The position numbers and the translations under genes were made by a program. Below the pieces are notes generated by a model, which saw nothing but the letters and a program-made list of their open reading frames with translations, was not told the DNA's origin and ran no database searches. A stretch of 63,785 nt of DNA, filler included, from Nemertoderma westbladi (Eukaryota; Animalia; Xenacoelomorpha), in the NCBI GenBank assembly GCA_032718475.1. It is 4 parts of 4 records of this genome, joined end to end, with 100 filler letters (N's around TTAATTAATTAA, not from the genome) between each part and the next. Parts side by side here need not be neighbours in the genome. Positions count along the whole stretch, not along the records: positions 1 to 23,525 come from JAUCBJ010005234.1; 3 more parts are not named here. The stretch is one strand, 5' to 3'. Of this stretch, positions 1 to 11,487 are shown piece after piece (position 1 is the first letter of the stretch; each line of letters starts with the position of its first letter).

Positions 1-1159
1 AATTTTTCGAATTTGACAACATTTACATTGATTTGAGGGTATAAAATAGGAAATTTTGCGATTATATCGACCATCATCAAGAAAAAACGTAAAACACGTA
101 AAAACGAAAAAAATACCAAAATTCAAGGCGAAATATTTTTTTACTGTTTATCAATATAGGCTATCCTTGGTATCATTGTAATCAGCCTTAAATGCACATT
201 CCAATGAGGTAGTTCTACGCCATAAACATAGAACGCTTCTCATACAATAAGCATTAAAAGCTACCTGTATCCCAATTGTAACGTCCGACACTTTTTTTTT
301 ACATTTTTTCTCAATTACTTCTCTATTGTTTGGCAAACCATATCGAAATTAAAATGACTCAATGCCGACGTAAGATGGCGTCTCTTGTGCCATTTACAGC
401 AATCCAGGCTACCATAAAGGCTGTGATTTCAGTGAATGAAGTTTGTAATGTCCGACACATTGTAACGTCCGACACTATTATTATTTAATGTATTTAAAGT
501 CTAAATTGCAGTGTATAGTGTAAAATGCATAAATAAATAAAAATAGGTTTCAATAATTGCGATTTTCGACTCAAAATTCACCCCTTAGTATTTTGATGAT
601 ATATTTGGCAATTTTTGATGAAATTTGAAATGGTTTTCAGATTCGGAATCTGCAGATGAAGGCGGTTCTAATGATATCTAGAGTACATTCTAAAGACGAC
701 AAATAATGCCGACAGAGGTGGCTAAATATTGCTCATTTTTATGTAACGTCCAACACGTAACGTCCGACACCATTCCGCACAACTTTGAATTGCAAATGTC
801 GGCTTCAAAAGATCTGCAGTGCAATTTAGAAAACCTTTTCGAAAAATAGAATAGTTGAGCTACATTTTGAGCCCAAAAATATTAACATACCATTCTTCGG
901 CATTAATTGCAATCAAAAGTAAAATATGTACAATAAAAAGTGTCCTATTTTTGTAACGTCCGACACCTTTTTAAAAGTCAACTGTTTAAGAAGAATAACG
1001 TTTCCCAATGCAGAGTATTTGCGATATTCTGAAAGATTAATAAATTGTCTCATTTATTCAACGCAATCTGATGTCAAAAATTCAAGTATTTTCGTAAATT
1101 TAAAGAAAAACATTCAAAAATCGAGAATGTCCGTAACGTCCGACACCGTGGAATTGCCC
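1..1159. mobile_element. Terminal part of a non-autonomous DNA transposon (Sola-like GGG terminus, tentative)
   Basis: GTAACGTCCGACAC or a 1-mismatch variant recurs about 7 times (~278, 446, 462, 743, 757, 953, 1133). The last copy runs into CGTGGAATTGCCC|ATAT, which looks like a terminal repeat end. Confidence 0.45.
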
Positions 1160-1815
1160 ATATATTAAATTTTTCAAAATAATTAATTACCGTAACTATT
1201 TAATGAATACGGAAAAAATCATTAATTTAAAAAAAATTGATATTTGCATTGGAAAATATAGGAAAATCTGTATTTAGAAATATAAATGAAATTGAAAATC
1301 AAATATCGTATATTTCGCATATTTCATCCTTGAATAATACTGTATTTTATTCAAGAATTGTAACATTACTAAACGGCATATTACTGCACCACCACCAGAA
1401 CTCTACCACCACCAGAAGACTATTTATTATGTTACTTAGCAACGGAGTGTATATCTGAAAATTTAATACAGTGGGAAATTTAAAAAACTAAAATAGTTGG
1501 TAGGCCTACACATACTGACACAACTGGTCGGGGCGGCTAATCTGTTACGGGACCCTGGAGCCACGAAGGCAATGGGAGGCCCCGCGGAATATCGCGAACT
1601 GAAAATACTTGTACGGACCCAGCCCATCGTCACGCTGAAAGGACGTCCGCACGACCTGTGCGGTTGGTCTGCAACCACTCAGAGGAGGTGGTTCGCCTGC
1701 GGTGCGAGGACTCCATTTAAATTCATTTCATTTTTTATAAAACTTATTATTTTCTGTTCTGTGGGATTTGGGATTGATTTAATCACATGGATATTTTTGT
1801 GTATTATTCAGTTAC

Positions 1816-2312
1816 TTAACCCTATAACCACTGCGGGGGGGGGGGGGGGGGGTTGGGGATCGGCCCCTTCCTAGTTTTTAATTGCTGTATCTATGCAACC
1901 ACATTATGCACAAACGGCGTTGCAAATAGATTTCAACTTTTCGATGTGGGTGCCACCTCAAAATTTGGTCCCCAGCAGAAATTTTTTTGAAATTTACGAA
2001 TTTTACAAGGTCATTTGTGAGTTGGTAATTCTTCATGTTGGGGCTTTTTTTATTGCTTCTGATTCGTATGGAGCACTCTACTACTCTATGTAAGTATGTA
2101 AGGGAAGTGGTACTTTACGTCTTTTTTGGTGCACTAAAATTAGGGCGTGGCACTTCAAATTTTCAAAATTGCAATATTTGTTAAATACTCCGAAGTTTTG
2201 ATTTCAACGCATTTTTATGGGTTTTCTCGCCCGCTTAATCGATTGAAAGTAACATATAAGACTCAATTCTTAGTGGTACATAAATTTTGGTGCACCAAAA
2301 TTACGGCGTGAC
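1816..2312. mobile_element. Fragment of a TTAA-CCC (piggyBac-type terminus) non-autonomous DNA element
   Basis: Starts TTAACCCTATAACC followed by a poly-G run, like the ends at 18238 and 21984. Contains GGTGCACCAAAATT-type motifs. Confidence 0.35.
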
Positions 2313-2319
2313 AAGTAGG

Positions 2320-2842
2320 CTTACTTCTGTCTGAGTCTGTACTCCCAGATATTCCCATTGGTGATATCTCCTTTGCAGAAGTGAAGGCTGCTGCAAAGAG
2401 CATTAAGACCAATCGTGCCAGTGGAGTAGATGGTTTTCCCCCTGAGGTCTTTAACATACCTGAGTGTTTAAAGCTCATCTATCCCATCATACAGTAGTAG
2501 ACATGTACCGAACAACAAGAGTCCCACAAGAAATGAAAACAAATAAGTTGGTGCCAGTTCCCAAAAAGGGGACACTCTGTGGTTCTTTTCGTGGAATCTC
2601 ATTGATCTCGATTGCTGCAAAGTTATAGAATAGGATTCTATTAAATCGCATCAGGGATCCCATTGAGAGACTGCTCCGTGGAAATCAGAATGGGTTCCGT
2701 AAATGTCGTGGGACCATGGAGCCCATTTTGGCACTTAGAAGGATAATTGAAGAGTTATCAAAAAAGAAAGACAGGCATCTGGCTGTTATCTTTGTTGACT
2801 TCTTCAAGGCCTTTGATTCAGTCTCTCGCTCACATATGTTCA
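2320..2842 (+). mobile_element. RTE-clade LINE reverse transcriptase fragment (frameshifted)
   Basis: Translates as RASGVDGFPPEV...LVPVPKKG...FRGISLISIAAK..NRILLNRIR...NQNGFRK.RGT...FVDFFKAFDSV. Near-identical to 20585..20890 and 41815..42143. Confidence 0.85.
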
Positions 2843-3280
2843 AAGTTATTAAAAAAGTTGTTAAAAGTATTATATACTATTCTGGAACATAAATACAATA
2901 AAAAATTTAATGTTCTAGAACATTAGCTAGTTTTTTTTATTTTAACATAGCTAGTAAATTAAAATAAAATATTTTTAAGTAAATTTCTTAATACTTTTAA
3001 ATGAATATTGATTCGAGTTTTTATGGGTTTATTCTTTTTTTCTTTTTATGTTTTTTTTTGAGTTTTGAGTTTTTTTAATAAAATTTGTATTTTGAGTTTT
3101 ATCACAAAAAATGCTCACACACGGGCTGTACTACAGTAAAGTATTATTACTGCAGTGCCTAAATTCGTCATAAGATGAGTTTCAGAAAACCCAATAATAG
3201 AAAGAGATTTGCAAATGCTTCCGGTGACAAACAGCAACACTTGCTAAACATGAAAGACAGACAAAACACGAAAAGAGGCT

Positions 3281-3360
3281 CACTATTCCGCACCACAACC
3301 ACCAATGGCTCCATATTACGCCCCACAACCACCAATGGCTCCCTATTCCGCCCCATAATC
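3281..3360. repeat. 30-bp tandem repeat, about 2.7 copies
   Basis: CTATTCCGC(A/C)CCACAACCACCAATGGCTC units. Confidence 0.6.
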
Positions 3361-3799
3361 GGCTTCAAATATATCAAACTCAGTTGTCCTGTCCATATTC
3401 ATAATAATTATTATAACAATTAGTTGAATTATAATAACTAGTTATCTAGGTCTACAAGTAACAATTCCTTGTTCTGACTTAATATTAATTAAATGACGAT
3501 ATAGTTATACGATATATTTGCTTCAGGTTTTATAACCGTATATCACATTCTGGGACAGGCGATAATCTCCGCCCATGTGAAGTTTCCCAGGATTCCCATT
3601 CCCAGCGCAAAAAAAAAAACACATCGAAAAGGAATTTGGCCCATTCACTATCATTAGGCAACTTTCGTATTTTCGACCATCTTCCCACACAGTCTGGGAA
3701 ACTTCAGATGGGGGGTATTTAGGTATTCACGTGCTGCGCGATGTCATCTTTTTTTGAGGGGGATGGTCTGTTGATCTTTCGGTCGGACGGTGAGTGAGA

Positions 3800-5668
3800 A
3801 GGTGGGTAGGTGGGAAGATGGGAATGTGGGAATGCGGGAAGGTGGATGGGAAGGTGGGAATGTAGGAAGATAGGAATGTGGGAATATGGGAAGGTGGATG
3901 GGAATGTGGGAAGATGGGAAGATGGGAATGTGGGAAGATGGGAATGTGGGAAGATGGGAATGTGTGAAGATGGCAATGTGGGAAGGTGGATGGGATTGTA
4001 GGGAGATGGGAATGTGGGAAGGTGGATGGAAATGTGGGAATATGGGAAGGTGGATGGGAATGTGGGAAGGTGTGTGGGAATGTAGGAAGATGGGAATGTG
4101 GGAAGATAGGAATGTGGGAAGATATGAATATGGGAAGATGGGAATGTGGGAAGGTGGATGGGAATGTAGAAAGATGGGAATGTGGGAAGGTGGGTGGGAA
4201 TGTGGGAAGGTGGATGGGAATGAGGAATACGGGAATGTGGGAAGATGGGAATGTGGGAAGATGGAATTGTGGGAAGGTAGATGGGAATGTGGGAAGTTGG
4301 GCGGGAATGAGGAATACGGGAATGTGGGAAGATGGGAATGTGGGAAGGTGGATGGGAATGTAGGAAGATGGGAATATGGGAAGGTGGATGGGAATGTGGG
4401 AAGGTGGGAATGTAGGAAGATGGGAATGTAGGATGATGGGAATGTGGGAAGATAGGAATGTGGGAAGATGGGAATGTGGGAAGGTGGATGGGAATGTAGG
4501 AAGATGGGAATGTGGGAACGTGGGTGGCAATGTGGGAAGGTGGGTGGGAATGTGGGAAGGTGGGAATGTAGGACGACGGGAATGTAGGAAGATGGGAATG
4601 ATAGAATATAGGAATGTGGCAAGATGGGAATGTGGGAAGGTGGATGGGAATGAAGGAAGATGGGAATGATGGAAGGTGGGTGGGAATGTGGGAAGGTGGG
4701 TGGAAATGTGGGAAGGTGGGTGGAAATGAGGAATACGGGAATGTGGGAAGATGGGAATGTGGGAAGGTGGATGTGAATGTATGAAGATGGGAATGTGGGA
4801 AGGTGTTTGGCAATGCGGGAAGGTGGGAAGGTGGATGGGAATGTGGGAAGGTGGGAATGTAAGAAGATGGGAATGATGGAAGGTGGGTGGGAATGTGGGA
4901 AGGTGGGTGGAAATGAGGAATACGGGAATGTGGGAAGATGGGAATGTGGGAAGGTGGATGTGAATGTATGAAGATGGGAATGTGGGAAGGTGTTTGGGAA
5001 TGTGGGAAGGTGGGAAGGTGGATGGGAATGTGGGAAGGTGGGAATGTAGGAAGATGGGAATGTAGGAGGATGGTAATGTGGGAAGATAGGAATGTGGGAA
5101 GATGGGAATGTGGGAAGGTGGATGGGAATGTAGGAAGGTGGGAATGTGGAAAGGTGGATGGGAATGTGGGAAGGTGGGTGGGAAGGTGGGTGGGAATGAG
5201 AAATACGGGAATGTGGGAAGATGGGAATTTGGGAAGATGGGAAGGTGGATGGGAATGTGGGGAGGTCAGAATGTGGGAAGGTGGATGGGAATGTGGGAAG
5301 ATGGGAAGGTGGATGGGAATGTGGGGAGATGGGAAGGTGGATGGGAATGTGGGTGGGAATGAGGAAGATGAGAATGTGGCAAGATGGGAATGTGGAAAGA
5401 TGGGAATGTGGGAAGGTGGATGGGAATGTAGGAAGATGGGAATGTGGGAAAGTGGTTGGGAATGTATGAAGATGGGAAGGTGGATGGGAATGTGGGAAGA
5501 TGGTAATATGGATGAGAATATGGGAAGGTGGATGGGAATGTAGGATGATGGGAATGTGGGGAGGTGGATGGGAATGTGGGATGGTGGCTGGGTGGGAAGA
5601 TGGGAAGGTTCATGGGATTGTATGAAGATGGGCAGGTGGGAAGATTGATAGGAATGTGGGAAGATGTG
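3800..5668. repeat. Purine/G-rich degenerate satellite (TGGGAATG / TGGGAAGG / TGGGAAGA units)
   Basis: About 1.9 kb of 7-9-nt units with almost no C on the + strand. All ORFs over it are low-complexity artefacts. Confidence 0.95.
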
Positions 5669-5679
5669 AATAACAATGT

Positions 5680-6002
5680 ATATTGTTTGGATAGAAAAGC
5701 CCGTTGCTGTAACCTGCTCTTTTCCCTCAATGGGTAGGTAAAAACAACGTTTATTGTTTTGTTTAGAAAAGCCCGCCTCTGTAACCTACTCATTTCGTTA
5801 AATTGGTAGATAACAACACAACAACGTTTATTGTTTTGGTTAGAAATGCCCGCTGCTGCGACCTGCTCCTTTCTTTCAATTGGTAGGTAAAAACAAAGTT
5901 TATTGTTTTGTTTAGAAAAGCCGCCTCTGTAAACTTCTCCTCTCCTTCAATTGGTAGATAAAAACGTTTATTGTTTTGGTTAGAAAAGCCTGCACCTGTA
6001 AC
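5680..6002. repeat. ~60-70-bp tandem repeat, about 5 copies; related copies at 55690..55850
   Basis: Unit GTTTATTGTTTTG(G/T)TTAGAAAAGCCCGCCTCTGTAACCT...CAATTGGTAG. Confidence 0.7.
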
Positions 6003-6028
6003 TGTGTTTCTCAGTTTGTGTTTCTCAA

Positions 6029-6570
6029 TGTTAATGTTCCGAATGATAATAGCACAGAATCAGTACGTAATTGATACCACAATACAGAATGACAGCAGTA
6101 AATCAGTAATAAATATTGGTTGGCGACGGTCGTAAACTATGACTGGTCTGCAACTCTGTGATTGATCAACTGACCGGTAAATCAGTAATACAGAATAATA
6201 TATGATTGATACACACAGATATTGGTTTCACCTCTTACTGTACTTGGCCTTCTGTACCCAGTGGATGCTTTCCTATCTCTGATCACGTGCTTCCCTGTCT
6301 GCTATTAGCTTATATACTAATTGTCACTTTGGCACTCCCTGTGAGTGTTTCCCCCTGCCGCTAGCCTCTACTAGCTGTGTTCTCACTCCGAGGTGGTTTG
6401 ACCTCTCACCTCTCTCTGTGGCTTTAGGGCTTCTGTCGCCCCCCCCCCCCCCCCAAAGTTGGTTATGAGGCGAGATTATCATTGGTAATCTCGTATCACC
6501 AAATATATAGGTAAAGTGCCACTGGTCCCATTTTCGGGTGGATAATGCAAGGGAATTGAATCCGCTCACA
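6029..6570 (-). mobile_element. 3' LTR of a BEL/Pao-derived element
   Basis: On the minus strand the PPT GGGGGGAG (6571-6578) is directly followed by TGTGAGCGG. The LTR ends ...GGAACA(TTAACA) at about 6029-6035. Confidence 0.65.
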
Positions 6571-6824
6571 CTCCCCCCATGCTATCTTCCCGGTGAGAAG
6601 ATAGCATCAACCTCACTCTAATCTTCCTCACAGACCTCGCTGTCCCTTACTCTCTCTACGGCCCCTTGGGACTCTTCCTGCTCGCTCCCCATGCTTGAAT
6701 TGCAATCATCTCACTTCCTCACGCGCCAACACTATAGTATAATCACTAATATATCACTATAGTACTTACATTGGTTATATATTTATATTGATTAATTATC
6801 TACATACGTACATACTAATTGCAC

Positions 6825-7491
6825 TTAATTATTTGCACTTAGGAGTTCGTATTTGCCTTCCAGATTGATGGTTGGTCTCCTTTTGGTATCCTTGCCAACT
6901 CCCCTGAGGAAATCCCCATAGGCCCTCAAATATGCTACCAACTTCTTCCACCTCTTGTAGGGTGTATCCACCTCTCTGTCCACTAGGTGTTGGCTATCGT
7001 AGTGCACCGACTCGCCCTTCGGCCCCGGGTGGTCTACAAGACACTCAAAGGCCACCTTAAAGGCTATCCTGTGATTTAGAGGTGCTCCTGATAGCAGAAA
7101 CGCCATCGACTCTCTTCCGATAGCCTCGGCCATGAATAGGTTTAATAAACCTATCATTATCCAATCCTCCTGTAAGATATATCTCTTCTGATATATCTTT
7201 ATCGCTCCCCTTCGGATCTGATATATCTCCTGTTTCCCTGGCCTCGCTCCCCATTTCAGCGAGTTCGCCAGTTCTGCTCCGTACTTCTCTCAGATTTGCC
7301 ACAGTCCATCGGCTTGTGGCAGACAAGCCCCATGAGCTGGCCCATCGCCACTGCTCTCCAATGTCCTGTGCCCGCTCCGTGCTCCTCCTGGAACTTGCCC
7401 CAGTCCATCGGCTTGTGGCAGACAAGGCCCATGAGCTGGCCCATCCCCACTGCTCCACAATGTCCTGTTCTCTACCACCCCAAAGTGCCAA
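6825..7491 (-). pseudogene. Extra ORF of unknown function near the 3' end of the BEL derivative (probably frameshifted)
   Basis: Overlapping ORFs 7057..7491 and 6825..7157. The latter reads like a globular protein (RIAFKVAFECLVDHPG...YKRWKKLVAYLRAYGDF). Lies upstream of the PPT. Confidence 0.35.
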
Positions 7492-7579
7492 TTTTCCTTA
7501 GTCTTATTTTATTTTTCTATGTTCCCCCCCTGTCTGTGCTATCATCCTATCTACCTTCCTACTTCCTTCTTACTATGTA

Positions 7580-8060
7580 CCCTACTACTACTATGGTATG
7601 CCTACATACCCTTTACTTTCTTACTACGTGGCACTCTCAGTGCCTACAACTTCTAACTTCTATGGTACTATGTACCCTAATACTGCTACTATGGTATACC
7701 TACATACCAAACCCTTCACTCTCTTACTACGTGGCGCTTTCGGTGCCCACAACCCCTCTGCTACTACTTCTATGGGATACCTACATACCATAACCTCTAC
7801 TCTCTTACTACGTGGGGCTTTCGGTGCCCACAACCCCTCTGCTACTACTTCTATGGTATACCTGCATACCATACCCTTCACACTCTTACTACGAGGCGCT
7901 TTCGGTGTCCACAACCCCTCTGCTACTACTTCTATGCTATACCTACATACCATACCCTCTACTCTCTTACTACGTGGCGCTTTCGGTGCCCACAACCTCT
8001 AACTTCTACGGTACTATGTACCCTACTACTATGTAGTACCTACTACTATCACTTTCTACT
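7580..8060. repeat. 81-bp tandem repeat, about 4-5 copies, inside the LTR element; also a 99-bp duplication at 7298..7470
   Basis: CG(T/A)GG(C/G)GCTTTCGGTG(C/T)CCACAACC starts at about 7730, 7811, 7892 and 7973. Confidence 0.85.
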
Positions 8061-8427
8061 ATCTTACTACCTATTTTATTATTTTATTATTTTCTTGTTT
8101 TATTTTATATTTTTATTTTTATGTGTGAGAAGGGCGTCTCGCCCTCATTCCCACCCCCTCAGTCCAACATATTGGACGACTCAACAACCTAAGGGCCATT
8201 CTTCCAGCAGGCAACTATCCCACTGCCCCCCTATAGGTCCTCTTAATCTTCACCCCACTCTTCTTCTCAATTCCAACTCTTTTGGAATTGACCTTCCCTT
8301 CTCCTTCACCCTTAAGTCGGGTCTTTCCGTCATGTTACTGATCTCCTTGTGGTTGTCCCCTTGCGGCAAAGTGCCACCCTTCATCTTGTCGTCGTTTGGC
8401 GGTAGAATGGCGCCCCTCATGTCATTC

Positions 8428-10210
8428 TTACTGGTACATGCCACCTCTGCTGGCCTCCCCCTTAATATGTGCGCCGGCATTAAAGCCCTCCGATGACCCC
8501 CGGTCATCCTTCGGTACACGTAATGGCTTACCATTTAATGCCCCTTCGCACTCTGCCACCCCCTTATGCGTGTACATCACGCCCTCTCCCACTTTCCGGC
8601 CTCCTTTGTCACGTTTCATCATGGGCTTCTCTTCCCCTGGTCTAATCTTCCCAAATCCTCTCCCTTTCCACCTTGTCTTCTTACTCGACCTCCTCCCCAC
8701 CGATATTGCTCTCAACCAGACCGGTGTCTGTTCCGGACATCTCTCCAGACACCTCACCGTCCACTCTTCTCCATCCCCATACTGATACACCCGATTCTCG
8801 TCCGCCCACTCTCTCGTTGTTGTTTCTCTTCCTGACTCATCTGTCGGCGGTGTTTCTCTGTCCTCCACCCTTTCACCACACTCCACTATGCGTGGTTCCA
8901 GATCCGAACCCATCCCCGACTCCTGGTTTTCTTCCTCGGCCTGCTTCTCCTATGGGTCCTCCCCATCGCCCGTCTCTGGTTTCTCCTCTGCTCCCTCATC
9001 CTCCATTTCTCTCATTGTGCCTGCGAACATGCACCCTGAGGATTCCGACACGCTGAACGGAATTCTAGAATCGATTGGGCCGCTGAGTGTCCATCCAATT
9101 GGCGTGCAAGTCGCCATTGGGCCTCTCCCCCCATCATCTCCGAATCGGCAGGAAAACCTCCTGTGGGCCGCCGGGCAGTCCATTCTGACTATGAGAGATA
9201 CTTTCGGGACGTCCAGTTTGGGTACGGAAAATCGATGTTGTCCAGGTACTGGTATTGTTCGACTTCGATCTTCGTGGGTCGCCTGGCATTAATATTAATC
9301 GATTCTATTATTTGAATGGGATTGATGGTTGCCCCATAATCGCACCCTGGTGCTATCGCTGATATTTTACAATGCCCCGTTCTCATCCTAAACACCTCGT
9401 CTTTACTCGAGATAGTGGTTACCGCCATCTTGCTTGGCCTCGTTCGTAAAACCCTATCTTTTTGGCCACCCAACCCTCCATTAGCGTGAACGCTGCTCCA
9501 CTATCGATCAACATTAATGTTGTAACCGATAGCCCGTCCTCTCCTGTTATTCTCACTGGTACTATTTCGAGTAGTACCATTCTCTTTCTCTTTGCTCCCG
9601 TCGTGCTCGTAGCCATAGTTTGGCCTCCAGTCTCATCAGTTTCATCGTATTCTATTGATGTTTCTCTACACTCTCCGAATCTGTGTCCTTCTACCACGCA
9701 TCGATGACATAGTCCATTTATATCCGCGTAGGCTATTCTATCTTGTTTAGGCAACGCTTGCCAATGCTTACAATTCATGGTGTTGTGGGTTCCATCTCTA
9801 TGCAATTGACATTTGTATCCTGGATTGTAGCGTTCCTTGTATAGCCCTTCACGTATCGTGCGTAGGTTGATATCTACCGGTTTAGAGTTTTGGTTATTTG
9901 GACTCGGCCTACTGGGGGTGTTGGGATTATATTTGTTCGTGTTGTTGTTTTGTTTCTGTCCCTGCCACGGTTTGGCCCTACTTCCAGCTGCCTGTGGACT
10001 ACAAGTCCCCTGCGTGGCTGCATGTGGTAGCGACTGTCTCAAACTCGGGAATGCATCCGCCGGACTGTTGCCGTTATTCCCGACACCAGGGGGGAAAACG
10101 CCGATGCTGGAGGCGGAATTTTCAGACCACTTTATTCCGGCCAGTCACCGGTTATTGGGAGTGGAGAAGGATGTTATCTGAGATGCAGAGTTGCGGGTAG
10201 AGAAAAGTTT
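8428..10210 (-). mobile_element. BEL/Pao gag C-terminus and aspartic protease (frameshifted), with no RT downstream
   Basis: Cys/His knuckles CQLHRDGTHNTMNC and CHRCVVEGHRFGEC; protease VLLEIVPVRI...LMLIDSGAAFTL; BEL post-protease motif PAAHRR...GPMATCTPIGWTLSGP. Confidence 0.8.
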
Positions 10211-10411
10211 CATTGGTTGGATATAATCTTTAATGTAACTTGAACTCTGATTGAACTCTGTTCAATACCATAATGAACTCTGATTGAGAATAATTTGGGC
10301 TTCCCCACACCAATATACCAAATATTCACAATAATACACAATATGAAATTCCTACAGTAAATTATTTAATTACCCACTGTTCGCTTAACTTTCAGATTTT
10401 GACCTAACTAA

Positions 10412-11310
10412 TGTTCCCCATTTTCCCTCGGTCCTAGTCCCGGTACAGTAGTGTCAGTGTCGGTCGATCCTTCGCTTCTCCGTCCCACCCTTCCCGATCC
10501 CTGACGGGATCGGTTATCAGGAAAGTGGTATGGCTTAGCTAGGGGTCTGTCGGTTCATCGCAGGGTCCCAACCACCTAAGCTTTCCGAGTACTTTTCAGG
10601 CTTGTAATCACGTTAGTAGTCGAGAACCCACTCCGAATAGTCGGTAGGCCAGTAAAGTACGGTCCTCTGTCTTTCAACCCTGTCGTATGTCCGTCCCACC
10701 CTTCCCGAACCCTAACGGGATCGGTCATCAGGAAAGCGGTATGGCTTAGCTAGGGGTCTGTCGGCCCATTGTGAGCCCCAACTGTCGGAGCTTTCCGAGT
10801 CCTTTTCAGGCTCGTACTGACGCCAGTCGTGGAACCCACCAGTCGATCCTTCGCAAGTCCCAAATGCGAAAACTCCGCCCAAGTCCTTTTCAGGCTCATT
10901 CGTAGCCAACGCACCGGAAACCGCTTAGGATCTGTCAATCCCTAGCGCATCAAGCAATGCCCAAGTTCTTTTCAGGCTCAGTCGCCACTGATGGCCAGGG
11001 ACTGCTAAGGGCAGTCCTTGTCCCCAGACCTATCGGGTTACCAACTACCGAAGTAGAAGGAGGTTGTCTAGGCCTCTAGTAACTATCAGGCAACCCTGAC
11101 AGCCGAGAGTATTGCTTGACTTTACCTCCCACCCATGGCACTTAAATATCTGAGATGGTTCCTGCGCGCCTTAAGTCGCCCCAAATTTTGCCCATAAATC
11201 GCCCCCAGTCTATTGTGTTCCTGCGCCCCCCACTGATATTGGCACATTCATCAAATATAAATCCAAAAAATATGTAACTCGCGTTATGATAAATTGAAAT
11301 ACCGCGAACA
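10412..11310 (-). mobile_element. 3' LTR (~900 bp) with internal ~210-bp-period duplication
   Basis: On the minus strand the PPT GGGGGGAC is followed by TGTTCGCGG at 11310; likely end ...GGGGAACA at 10412. Duplicated block at ~10480 and ~10691. Confidence 0.55.
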
Positions 11311-11487
11311 GTCCCCCCAAATGACCTTTGTGAGGTCTATCGGTAGATCGAGTTTGCGTAAGGTCATTTCCCCATATAAAAACCCAATTTTTATTATTGC
11401 ACAGTCTATGATTAATTTGTCCTAGAGTTAGTTTATGTACATATAAAAATAAATGTTCGAATAAATGTCTATAAATGTCCTGGTCTT

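Noticed and set aside
3719-5793. Many long ORFs (PTFPHSH / MGMWEG repeats)
   Set aside because: They are translations of the satellite, open in several frames on both strands.
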